Origin: a virus
IMG/VR virus record: IMGVR_UViG_3300008259_000017
Span: 8,879-72,878 of that record
Direction: 5' to 3' (one strand)
Length of the DNA stretch: 64,000 nt
The notes below the pieces were generated by a model that was not told the origin of the DNA, did not search any database, and saw only the letters and a program-made list of their open reading frames with translations. The translations under genes were made by a program, and so were the position numbers. Positions 1-7,763 of this stretch are shown here, piece after piece; positions within the stretch are counted from its first letter, which is position 1; every line of letters starts with the position of its first letter.

Positions 1-1
1 T

Positions 2-166
2 TTATTAAGATTAAGAAAATGGATTGCTTTATATGTAAAATGGGCAGAAAAATGGCACATGGAAAATATGAAGCCTGGTGATGATATGTTTGTAAATAAA
101 GAGGATTTTATGGGATATCCTCCAAGACCCACTGCCCCTAGAAAAAATCCATTTGAACCATTATAA
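2..166 (+). CDS. 3' end of an unidentified protein (partial, begins before window)
   Basis: Frame open from base 2 (LLRLRKWIALYVKWAEKWH...RKNPFEPL) to TAA at 164-166, directly followed by a terminator hairpin. Confidence 0.6.
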   Translation, partial: LLRLRKWIALYVKWAEKWHMENMKPGDDMFVNKEDFMGYPPRPTAPRKNPFEPL

Positions 167-192
167 AAAAGCGCCCAGTTGGGCGCTTTTTT
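165..192. terminator. Bidirectional rho-independent terminator
   Basis: AAAAAA-GCGCCC-AGTT-GGGCGC-TTTTTT between two convergent genes (stops at 166 on + and 194 on -). Confidence 0.9.
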
Positions 193-193
193 A

Positions 194-1264
194 TTATATT
201 GATTTTATTAAATCTTTATACATCTTCTGAACAGCTGGATTTTTAATTGAAAATTTCCAAAGGACTTCTTTTGCAGCATGTAATGATTTTTGAGACATAT
301 GATCATTTGTTTCAATTGCTTGTTTTAATTTTTCTTTTCCAATGTTGACATTAAACTTTGGATAAAAATAACCAGCTTCTTTGCAAAACTCACTATTATG
401 AACAATTGGATAATTTAAATATAAAGATTCCAAAGTTACATAATTTAGATCATTATAAAAATGGTTAGAAACTATTACTCCAAATTTCTTTTGATCAAGT
501 AATTTTATTAAAGAATATCTTAATTCTGGTTTTAATTTTTTTGCTTTAAATAAATCTGTATTTTCAATCATTTTTTTAAAATTCAAATCTGTTTCTAAAT
601 GTTTTGATCCATATAAATACATTGTCTCTATTAAAGAGTTATCCTCTCTTTCTAAAGCTTCTGCTATGTAAAGAGGGGTAATATAATTCTTTGAAATACT
701 TATGTTTGGCTCAAGGCAAGCCACATTCTTTTTGTTTGTTATATTGGAAAATTTTTCATTTATTTTATATTCTGGTTTTATACTTCCATCAATAAACCAA
801 GGCTCCCAAATATAAGGAAGTATTTTTACTTTTGCCTTGCTTGTAGCCTCGACAAATGATTTATAAAATTCATAATGTGGAGATATCCATGTTTCAACAC
901 CTTCTCTATGTATTCCAACTCCAGAGTCTGGATTGTGTAGCATTCCCTCTATTAAATAGAATAAAGAATTTCCATAATTTATAGATACAACTTTTATATT
1001 TTTTTCTATACATATATTTACTATGCTTGTTTCTATCATGTATGCTGCTTCAAGGATTAAGAAATATTTATCTACAGAATCAGCAGTTAGTTTTTCTTGC
1101 TTCATATCCATAAAATATGTATTATCTTCTTCTGCTCTTGTTAATGCAACAACATCATAGCCCATATTTTTTAATAGTTTAATTAAAAAATAACAATTTT
1201 GATTTAATCCATTTGACCATATTTTGCTAGAGTCATTTGTTGTTATTCCAATTTTTTTTATCAT
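194..1264 (-). CDS. DUF2827-like protein (putative GT-B glycosyltransferase)
   Basis: 356 aa; N-terminal KIGIT...IWSNGLNQN, PYIWEP, CLEPNISISKN and C-terminal NDLNYVTLESLYLNYPIVHNS...GYFY match the DUF2827 pattern as I recall it. Confidence 0.7.
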   Translation of the reverse strand: MIKKIGITTNDSSKIWSNGLNQNCYFLIKLLKNMGYDVVALTRAEEDNTYFMDMKQEKLTADSVDKYFLILEAAYMIETSIVNICIEKNIKVVSINYGNSLFYLIEGMLHNPDSGVGIHREGVETWISPHYEFYKSFVEATSKAKVKILPYIWEPWFIDGSIKPEYKINEKFSNITNKKNVACLEPNISISKNYITPLYIAEALEREDNSLIETMYLYGSKHLETDLNFKKMIENTDLFKAKKLKPELRYSLIKLLDQKKFGVIVSNHFYNDLNYVTLESLYLNYPIVHNSEFCKEAGYFYPKFNVNIGKEKLKQAIETNDHMSQKSLHAAKEVLWKFSIKNPAVQKMYKDLIKSI

Positions 1265-2328
1265 TTTATTAATTCCTTAATTAAATTTTCAATTCTTTCT
1301 TGATTACTTTTATTGTCAGTAGAATGGCTCTCAATTTTATTTAAATATTTATTTTTATGATCATTGTAATCAAAATTTAATATAGCTTTTTTTAATTGTT
1401 TTGCACCTTCAATTGCGTCAAAGTCATTATAAAAATAACCAACATCTTTAAAAGACATGCTATTATGAACTAATGGTCTTTTGTAGAATAACAACTCTAA
1501 ATAATAATAATTATTTTCATTACATACTTGATGAGCAATAAAAGTGTTTAAAACATCATTTGAAAGAATAACATGTAAAGGTATTCTTTTGTGTGCAAAT
1601 ACTTTTTTATTTTTCACTATATCAAGCTTATCATAAAAACTTTTAAACATTTTATTCTCTAGTTTTTTATCTATAGATCCAATGTAAACTCTTTCTACAA
1701 GCTCTGGATTGGTATAGTTTAAGCCTTCCGCTATTCCAATTGGAACAATTGAAGTCTTGTAAAAGTTATAATTAGAATCAATTGTTCCAATTTTCTTTAA
1801 CTGCTCTTTTGATTTTAAGTCACAATTTTTATAAAAATCTTTATCATTTTTTATTAGAAAATCTGGATCCCATAAAAAAGGAATTGTATCTACATCAGTT
1901 CTGGTCATCGTAGATATTAAGCTTGAAAATTCCTCATGAGCTTCTTGTATCCAAATATTACAAGAATTTGAAAAATTTGATTTTGATAAAGAAGTATTTA
2001 ATTCTTTATTATTTACAGCCTCAAATTGATTCATCATCATATTGTGATGAATATTTAAAACTATTTTTTTTCCTTTTGATGATATCTGATTGAAAATTTC
2101 ATCTTGATTTATCTTGCTGCAGTTTATAAAAAAATCATAATTTTTTATTTTTGAAAAGTTTAAGTTTTTGGTCTCTTCTTCAAAAAATTCAATTTTTCTA
2201 TAAAAAGAGACTATATCAACATCATGCTTTAATTTTTTCAATATTTTGTTTAAAAAGTAAGCATTTTGATCTGCGCCATCAACCCATGGCTGAGTTATGT
2301 TATCGCATATTATTCCTATTTTTGACAT
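1261..2328 (-). CDS. DUF2827-like protein, paralog of 194..1264
   Basis: 355 aa; KIGII...WVDGADQNAYFL, PFLWDP, NENNYYYLELLFYKRPLVHNS...GYFY are colinear with the neighbour; ATGA overlap couples the two genes. Confidence 0.65.
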   Translation of the reverse strand: MSKIGIICDNITQPWVDGADQNAYFLNKILKKLKHDVDIVSFYRKIEFFEEETKNLNFSKIKNYDFFINCSKINQDEIFNQISSKGKKIVLNIHHNMMMNQFEAVNNKELNTSLSKSNFSNSCNIWIQEAHEEFSSLISTMTRTDVDTIPFLWDPDFLIKNDKDFYKNCDLKSKEQLKKIGTIDSNYNFYKTSIVPIGIAEGLNYTNPELVERVYIGSIDKKLENKMFKSFYDKLDIVKNKKVFAHKRIPLHVILSNDVLNTFIAHQVCNENNYYYLELLFYKRPLVHNSMSFKDVGYFYNDFDAIEGAKQLKKAILNFDYNDHKNKYLNKIESHSTDNKSNQERIENLIKELIK

Positions 2329-2390
2329 TTTAAAACCTCATATTAATATTATTAGTAATATTAATTACTATAATATAGGAAATTAATAAA
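2329..2390. promoter_or_regulatory. Divergent promoter region
   Basis: Very AT-rich gap between divergent genes; TTACTAAT on - strand (2351-2358), TATAAT and AGGA before the GTG at 2391, GAGG on - strand before 2328. Confidence 0.55.
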
Positions 2391-2657
2391 GTGGCAACAA
2401 TTAATATTACTACAGGACAAGTTACCCAAGAATATATTAAAGAAGATCTTTCTAATTCTTTGGTCTCTGGAGTTCAAACATATAATACAGCTTATAAATT
2501 TAAACAATCCACACTAGAAGTTCATTATAATGGACTCTTATTAAGAGAATTGCATGAATATGTGGAAAATTCAAATAGAACTTCATTTACTTTTTTGCCC
2601 GAAATAAACTTTGTGTTAAATGATAACAGTTTAATTATCAAATATGTAAGAGGATAG
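2391..2657 (+). CDS. Small beta-rich virion structural protein (putative)
   Basis: 88 aa, GTG start after AGGA; LEVHYNGLLL...EYVE motif resembles small phage decoration domains and sheath segment ELYLNGTKL...DY. Confidence 0.55.
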   Translation: MATINITTGQVTQEYIKEDLSNSLVSGVQTYNTAYKFKQSTLEVHYNGLLLRELHEYVENSNRTSFTFLPEINFVLNDNSLIIKYVRG

Positions 2658-2666
2658 GAGGATTTA

Positions 2667-3002
2667 ATGGCACTAGGAAGTTATTTTTTGGGAGCAAAAG
2701 TTAGAATTCCAATAAATGTCACCGTTGATGGAACTCCTTTGCTTGGGGTTATTCCAGTTATAGAAAGAATTATACTGCCAAACGGAGCAATAGAAACTGG
2801 ATTTCCAAAAACTATGATAGCAACTCATCAAAATTCTTCTATATATTATTTGGATTATACACCAAAAACAATAGGAGACTATATTGTAATATCTAAAATT
2901 ACATATATGGGAAAAGATTATAATACAATTGAAAATTTTACTGTAAACGATAGTGTACTAAAAGTTGTATCTAAAACACCACCAAGATCAGTAGCGAGTT
3001 AA
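2667..3002 (+). CDS. Ig-like fold virion protein (putative)
   Basis: 111 aa, AGGAGG RBS; beta-strand pattern ending IYYLDYTPKTIGDY resembles the N-terminus of the next gene. Confidence 0.55.
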   Translation: MALGSYFLGAKVRIPINVTVDGTPLLGVIPVIERIILPNGAIETGFPKTMIATHQNSSIYYLDYTPKTIGDYIVISKITYMGKDYNTIENFTVNDSVLKVVSKTPPRSVAS

Positions 3003-3007
3003 TAACA

Positions 3008-3919
3008 ATGGCAAATGCACGAGGAAGAGCAGTAATAGGTCAAGTTGTTGATTTGACTGTAACATTTTATGGATTTGATGGAGCTCCAACAAATACCGAT
3101 AATTTTCCAACTATACAGATTGCAGACCAGAATGGCGCAATATTAGTTACAACGACTTCTGCAGGAATTACAAATACGTCAGATGGCGTATATAAGTATT
3201 CTTACATGGTTCCATCACAATCATCAATTGGCATGTGGAAAGACACATGGGATGCATCAATTGACGGATCTAGAGTTTTAAATGAATTTACATTTTTAGT
3301 TGTAAATGAAGCAAGCTCAGTTCCCATTGGAGAAGTAAAGCTAGGAGATGAGGTGCTATTCGATTTTAGCCAGCAAGAATTGGAAGGTATCAATGTGCTG
3401 CTAAAGTATTTAAAAGCTAGACTTCGCTCTGACGGCAAAAAACCAAAGAGAGATAAGTTTGGAGCATTTGTTTATGATTCATATGGCGAACTTGTTACCG
3501 AGGATTGCAACGTATTCACCGATGAAATTTTAGTATGCTTTTTGTGCCAATCCTTATCCGAATTCAATTCTACCCCGTTCTTTACATCCTATCTTTTTTC
3601 CGACCAGATAATTTATAAAACCTTTGCCAATATAATCGTAGAGGGAGCTTACGTTGTGGCATTAGCATCACAAGCATTGGTAGAAAAGGGTAGGGACTTT
3701 ACCATAAGTGACGGCGGTATCTCCTACCAGCCACCAGCCCTTGGAGATTTTTTGCAAAGCCACTATCAAAATTGGTTGACAACCTACCGCGATAGGCTTA
3801 AGTTTATTAAGGCTTCCATTCGCCCTGGTCCTGTATCGTTCGGAACCTACACAAACCTTGGAAGTAACAATCCTGCCTTCACGAGGCTGAGGCACATGCG
3901 TTCAAGAAGAATTATATAA
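3008..3919 (+). CDS. Putative head-tail adaptor/neck protein with N-terminal Ig-like domain
   Basis: 303 aa; beta-rich N-domain (GVYKYSY..P..IGMWKDTW) then helical domain with FTISDGGISY motif; lies upstream of the tail genes. Confidence 0.45.
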   Translation: MANARGRAVIGQVVDLTVTFYGFDGAPTNTDNFPTIQIADQNGAILVTTTSAGITNTSDGVYKYSYMVPSQSSIGMWKDTWDASIDGSRVLNEFTFLVVNEASSVPIGEVKLGDEVLFDFSQQELEGINVLLKYLKARLRSDGKKPKRDKFGAFVYDSYGELVTEDCNVFTDEILVCFLCQSLSEFNSTPFFTSYLFSDQIIYKTFANIIVEGAYVVALASQALVEKGRDFTISDGGISYQPPALGDFLQSHYQNWLTTYRDRLKFIKASIRPGPVSFGTYTNLGSNNPAFTRLRHMRSRRII

Positions 3920-3995
3920 GTTCTTGATGGAATAGTATAGTATAAGATTGAGGAGTTTTGTACTGTGCTAAGTAGAATAAAAATGGAAGGTTTAA

Positions 3996-4505
3996 ATGTT
4001 TTTAAAGGTAGCCAAGAAAAGCAAAATTGAAGAGAAGCAAAAGTTATTTGCAGAAATAAGAAAGCATATGAAGAATTCTGATATTGCAAAAGAATGTCTA
4101 AAGGAAAAAAAGATAGGATCATGGATATTTGATGCATTTCCGCTTGACTTTGATGACATTGATGTAACTGCAAAAACAGTAAATGGAACAATATATTTGA
4201 ATCCTAAAGTTTTAAAAATGGATTTTAAAATAGTAATGAGATATGTAATTCATGAGTTTGTTCATGTGTTACAGCATATTAATGAGGAAAAAAAAGGCGA
4301 TAAGAAAAGCGATAAAAATCAAGACTATTTAGATAGAGAGGACGAAATTGAAGCTTTTCAGAAGCAAATAAAATTTGATGCAAAAGTAAGAGGGCCGGAG
4401 GCTGCAGAAAAATATGTTGATGAGCTTCTTGAGTTTCATGAGATTGACAATAAAAAAGAAAAGAAAAAGAAAAAAACCTTGTTATTAGGAGAAGTTGTTG
4501 ATTAA
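3996..4505 (+). CDS. Zincin-like metallopeptidase (HExxH)
   Basis: HEFVHVLQH plus downstream DEIEAF (third ligand E), preceded by beta-strand AKTVNGTIYLNP. Confidence 0.65.
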   Translation: MFLKVAKKSKIEEKQKLFAEIRKHMKNSDIAKECLKEKKIGSWIFDAFPLDFDDIDVTAKTVNGTIYLNPKVLKMDFKIVMRYVIHEFVHVLQHINEEKKGDKKSDKNQDYLDREDEIEAFQKQIKFDAKVRGPEAAEKYVDELLEFHEIDNKKEKKKKKTLLLGEVVD

Positions 4506-4544
4506 CTGTACGCTACTAATTGTTGGCATTAAGTAGGAGATATA

Positions 4545-6566
4545 ATGATAGTTATAGCGGGACAGTCACCAGCACCATCAGAAGCAATGGTAGCTCCAAC
4601 AGAAGTTGTTTCTTTTCAGCTTATTGAAAAGCAATCTGTTACAATAGATTTGGCAAAAACTGTTGTTTATATAAATGAAGACTTAGCGTTTAAAGAATCA
4701 GAGTTTTTACCACAATTTGATGGAATAGAGTCATCTGTAGATAGGGTAGATCAAACAATTTTATTTGTTTTTGATCCTATTAGTCAGTTTAGACTTGGAG
4801 CTACAGTTGGAGTTAGAATCCAAACTAAAGACTTGGATGGAAAAAGTTATAATTTTTCATATGTATTTAAAACAATTCCGGCAACTCCAGTTCTTGTAGA
4901 GTCAAATCCGCAAGAGCTGCAGGAGCTTACAAATCATGAAATTATATATCTTCACTTTGAAGATGTAATAGATGATGTAAATCCTGCTTCAGTAAATATA
5001 TATTTAAATGATATTAAAATAGTCTCAGACGGATCATTTGATCTAAATATAGCAACATCAAAGTCGATAATAAATAAGATTACAGACGGAGTAGTTGTAA
5101 GAATTGATACAAAAGATCCATTAAAAGATGGTAAATATAAGCTAAAATATTTTGCAGAAGATTTTTCTGGAAATAAATTATTTGGTGAATTAAAGTTTTC
5201 AATAAAGTTATTAGAGCCAGTTTTGCCAGATATATTTCCTCAAATTTTTTATGAAGGTGGTGTAAGAGGTTTGGATAGAGTTGCAAATCTTGGCATAGGC
5301 GACTCAGTGCAAGTTCAATGGCATAGGCCTCTTCCTAGATCTTATAATGGTGAGGTATTTTTTGCAATATATCAAACAGAATCAAGATTGTCTATTTTTG
5401 ATGAAAACCCAAAATATATTGGATTACCATCTTTAAGCAGCGCAATAGTTTCTGGACTCATAACAAATAGGACCTATAACTTCGCTGGAAGGGCATTTGA
5501 GGTGTATGCTGGAACGCTTGACCTATCTGGTATGGATATGATGTCGGACCAGCTATATATCGTTCCAGAGCCTTGCAGGATGACTTCAAATGCAACAACA
5601 ACAGATCTTATATTAAATGTAGATTCAACTGCCGGCTATCCAGCATCTGGAATACTTATTATAAATAAAACAGAAGTTGTTAGATACGAAACAAAAACTG
5701 ATACAACATTTGTATTGGCAAGCAATGGAAGAGGCTTGAGCGGAAGCCCTCCATCAATGTTTATACCTGGTGATAAAGTTGAAATGTTCTTTGCCTGTCA
5801 GGATAAAAACTCAAACTTAATTACATCAACTCCAACTGGAAGCGACGGCTATGCAATAGGCAGAGCTATTAATGAAATTGGAATATTAACACCAGATTAT
5901 TCAGATGAAGAGAAAAAATTCTTCCAAGGGTTTGACTTTTGCGGATATCATAGAGCAATGCCTCAGAAAACATTGCAAGGTGTTGATGACTGCCCTTCTT
6001 ATTTGGGAGGGGAATTTAATGGCTTTAGGGGATTCAATCTTTATGATAGAATGTTAAATAGGGAAGAAGTATTGCTTGATCAAACTGGAGAGCCAACAAT
6101 TCTATTAAGAAGAATTTGGAATGGAACAACATGTTCTTGTGCTGACGCAAGAAGGCAGCATCCAAAGGTTAAATCATGTCAGGATTGCTATGGGACAACC
6201 TTTGAGGGAGGATACGATCAATATCAATATAAGAGAAGACTTGATGGAAGAGTTATGGTAAAGTTTGGCGATACAACCGAAGACCTAAAGCTTGGCGCAC
6301 AATCGCATATGCAAGTAGAATATGAGCCATCATGTTGGACTCTTCCTAATCCAGCAGTAAGAGATAGAGACTTAATATTAAGATTTGACTATACTAATGA
6401 TATTGAATATATTTATGAAGTGCTAGATGTTACTAAAGAAAAATTAGTATTTAGGCATTTTACAAGACAAAGACTAAAATTAAAAAGACTGGATAAAACA
6501 GACATTGTTTATACATATCCTGTAAATTATGATCTAGTAAGGAGGTTCGGTGAGTTTTTGGGTTAA
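4545..6566 (+). CDS. Putative neck/head-closure protein with Ig/FN3-like extensions and a zinc-finger
   Basis: 673 aa, AGGAG RBS; two Ig-like N-terminal repeats, FN3-like segment (VQVQW...GLITNRTYNFAGRA), C-terminal CSC-x10-CQDCYGT motif seen in large-myovirus neck proteins. Confidence 0.55.
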   Translation: MIVIAGQSPAPSEAMVAPTEVVSFQLIEKQSVTIDLAKTVVYINEDLAFKESEFLPQFDGIESSVDRVDQTILFVFDPISQFRLGATVGVRIQTKDLDGKSYNFSYVFKTIPATPVLVESNPQELQELTNHEIIYLHFEDVIDDVNPASVNIYLNDIKIVSDGSFDLNIATSKSIINKITDGVVVRIDTKDPLKDGKYKLKYFAEDFSGNKLFGELKFSIKLLEPVLPDIFPQIFYEGGVRGLDRVANLGIGDSVQVQWHRPLPRSYNGEVFFAIYQTESRLSIFDENPKYIGLPSLSSAIVSGLITNRTYNFAGRAFEVYAGTLDLSGMDMMSDQLYIVPEPCRMTSNATTTDLILNVDSTAGYPASGILIINKTEVVRYETKTDTTFVLASNGRGLSGSPPSMFIPGDKVEMFFACQDKNSNLITSTPTGSDGYAIGRAINEIGILTPDYSDEEKKFFQGFDFCGYHRAMPQKTLQGVDDCPSYLGGEFNGFRGFNLYDRMLNREEVLLDQTGEPTILLRRIWNGTTCSCADARRQHPKVKSCQDCYGTTFEGGYDQYQYKRRLDGRVMVKFGDTTEDLKLGAQSHMQVEYEPSCWTLPNPAVRDRDLILRFDYTNDIEYIYEVLDVTKEKLVFRHFTRQRLKLKRLDKTDIVYTYPVNYDLVRRFGEFLG

Positions 6567-6834
6567 AAATACAAATAAAAAAGAAGATGCAATGTTAACC
6601 TTTGCAACAATTTCTTTTGCAGTTACAACAATTTGCTTTATTCTATCAATTATAAGTGTAATATCTCTTGGAGATTTTAAACTTGAATTAAAATCAGTTG
6701 ACTCGGGACTAATGTCAGTTTATCTTGGAGCGACCTTTTCAGCATATGTAGCTAGAAGATGGACAGATAAAAGATACCAACCTTCTATAGACGCAGAGGA
6801 TAAAACCGAAGAGGTAGAAGTTGCGCCTAAATAA
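6550..6834 (+). CDS. Putative holin (two transmembrane segments)
   Basis: 94 aa, GGAGG RBS and GTG start; hydrophobic LTFATISFAVTTICFILSIISVISL and GLMSVYLGATFSAYVA, charged C-tail. Confidence 0.5.
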   Translation: MSFWVKNTNKKEDAMLTFATISFAVTTICFILSIISVISLGDFKLELKSVDSGLMSVYLGATFSAYVARRWTDKRYQPSIDAEDKTEEVEVAPK

Positions 6835-7150
6835 GTTTTATGTAAAAAAATGGATTAAAAAAAATAAATCACTTATTACATTATTGTTTTTTATAGCTCT
6901 AATACCAATGGTCGCTATTATAGCATTTGGTAATAAAGATAATGTTTTATTTAAAAAAATAGTGAAACTTATAGACGAAGAAGAAAAAAAGTTTATTAAT
7001 TTATCAAAAGAAGAGACTGAGGAAACAAAATCTGAGATTAAAGATTTAGAATCAGAAGTAGAAAAAACAAAAGAAAAAATTAAAGAAATAGAGAATACAA
7101 AAAGTAAAAAAGAGGATCTAGATTCATTTTTTGATGAGAGGCTGAAATGA
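6821..7150 (+). CDS. Putative inner-membrane spanin-like protein
   Basis: Basic N-terminus, single TM (LITLLFFIALIPMVAIIAFG), then K/E-rich coiled coil; follows the holin-like gene. Start codon uncertain. Confidence 0.45.
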   Translation: MRLNKFYVKKWIKKNKSLITLLFFIALIPMVAIIAFGNKDNVLFKKIVKLIDEEEKKFINLSKEETEETKSEIKDLESEVEKTKEKIKEIENTKSKKEDLDSFFDERLK

Positions 7151-7350
7151 TTGATATTTTGAAAAAATTTGCACAAGAGTTAAAACCAGAAAATCAAGCA
7201 GTATTCAATAAGAGTATTGATGAATTTAATAAAGGTCTTGAAAACAAAAAATATATGGTTATAGATATAAAAAAAATGGAATCTATGTTTGACCAGGAAA
7301 AGGTAGAAGAAGTTGAGCCTTTAGAGCCTTTTGTTATGGATCTAAAATGA
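7147..7350 (+). CDS. Hypothetical protein
   Basis: 67 aa with ATGA overlaps at both ends. Confidence 0.55.
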   Translation: MIDILKKFAQELKPENQAVFNKSIDEFNKGLENKKYMVIDIKKMESMFDQEKVEEVEPLEPFVMDLK

Positions 7351-7751
7351 TAAAAGCACTATTCTTAGGCGCAATATTTGCAGGTGATATTATGCCTGCA
7401 AAAACTGTTTTACAATCAGAGTCTTATGTTCTTTCCATAGAAGAGGCGGAAAAGCTTAAAGCAAAAATTGAAGATTTAGAAAAAAAAGAAAAACTTTTAT
7501 CCGAATATATCAATCTTGAAAATTTAAGAGAAAAGCAAGTATCTGGCTATAAACAGGTTGTAGAATTCCAAGATTTGCAAATTGAAAAGTATAATATAGT
7601 AATAAGCTCTAAAGATAAGCAAATAAAAACATTGCTTAAAAGAAGCGATAATAGTTTTTTAAAAAATGCAATATTATTTAGTTCTGGAGCTTTATTAACT
7701 GCAGGATCAATTTATGCAGCAGATAAATTGGACGATTCTATTGAAAAATAA
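7347..7751 (+). CDS. Secreted coiled-coil protein, possible second spanin component
   Basis: Short signal-like N-terminus, long coiled coil, C-terminal hydrophobic/Gly segment (AILFSSGALLTAGSIYAA); no lipobox Cys. Confidence 0.4.
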   Translation: MIKALFLGAIFAGDIMPAKTVLQSESYVLSIEEAEKLKAKIEDLEKKEKLLSEYINLENLREKQVSGYKQVVEFQDLQIEKYNIVISSKDKQIKTLLKRSDNSFLKNAILFSSGALLTAGSIYAADKLDDSIEK

Positions 7752-7763
7752 ATAGAGGAAATA

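Noticed and set aside
2655-2669. TAG read-through or recoded genetic code (88-aa and 111-aa ORFs are in frame across TAG)
   Set aside because: The TAG overlaps a strong AGGAGG RBS for the second gene; other TAG/TGA stops (32711, 43032, 55562, 61646) do not fuse genes, and multi-kb ORFs are intact under the standard code.
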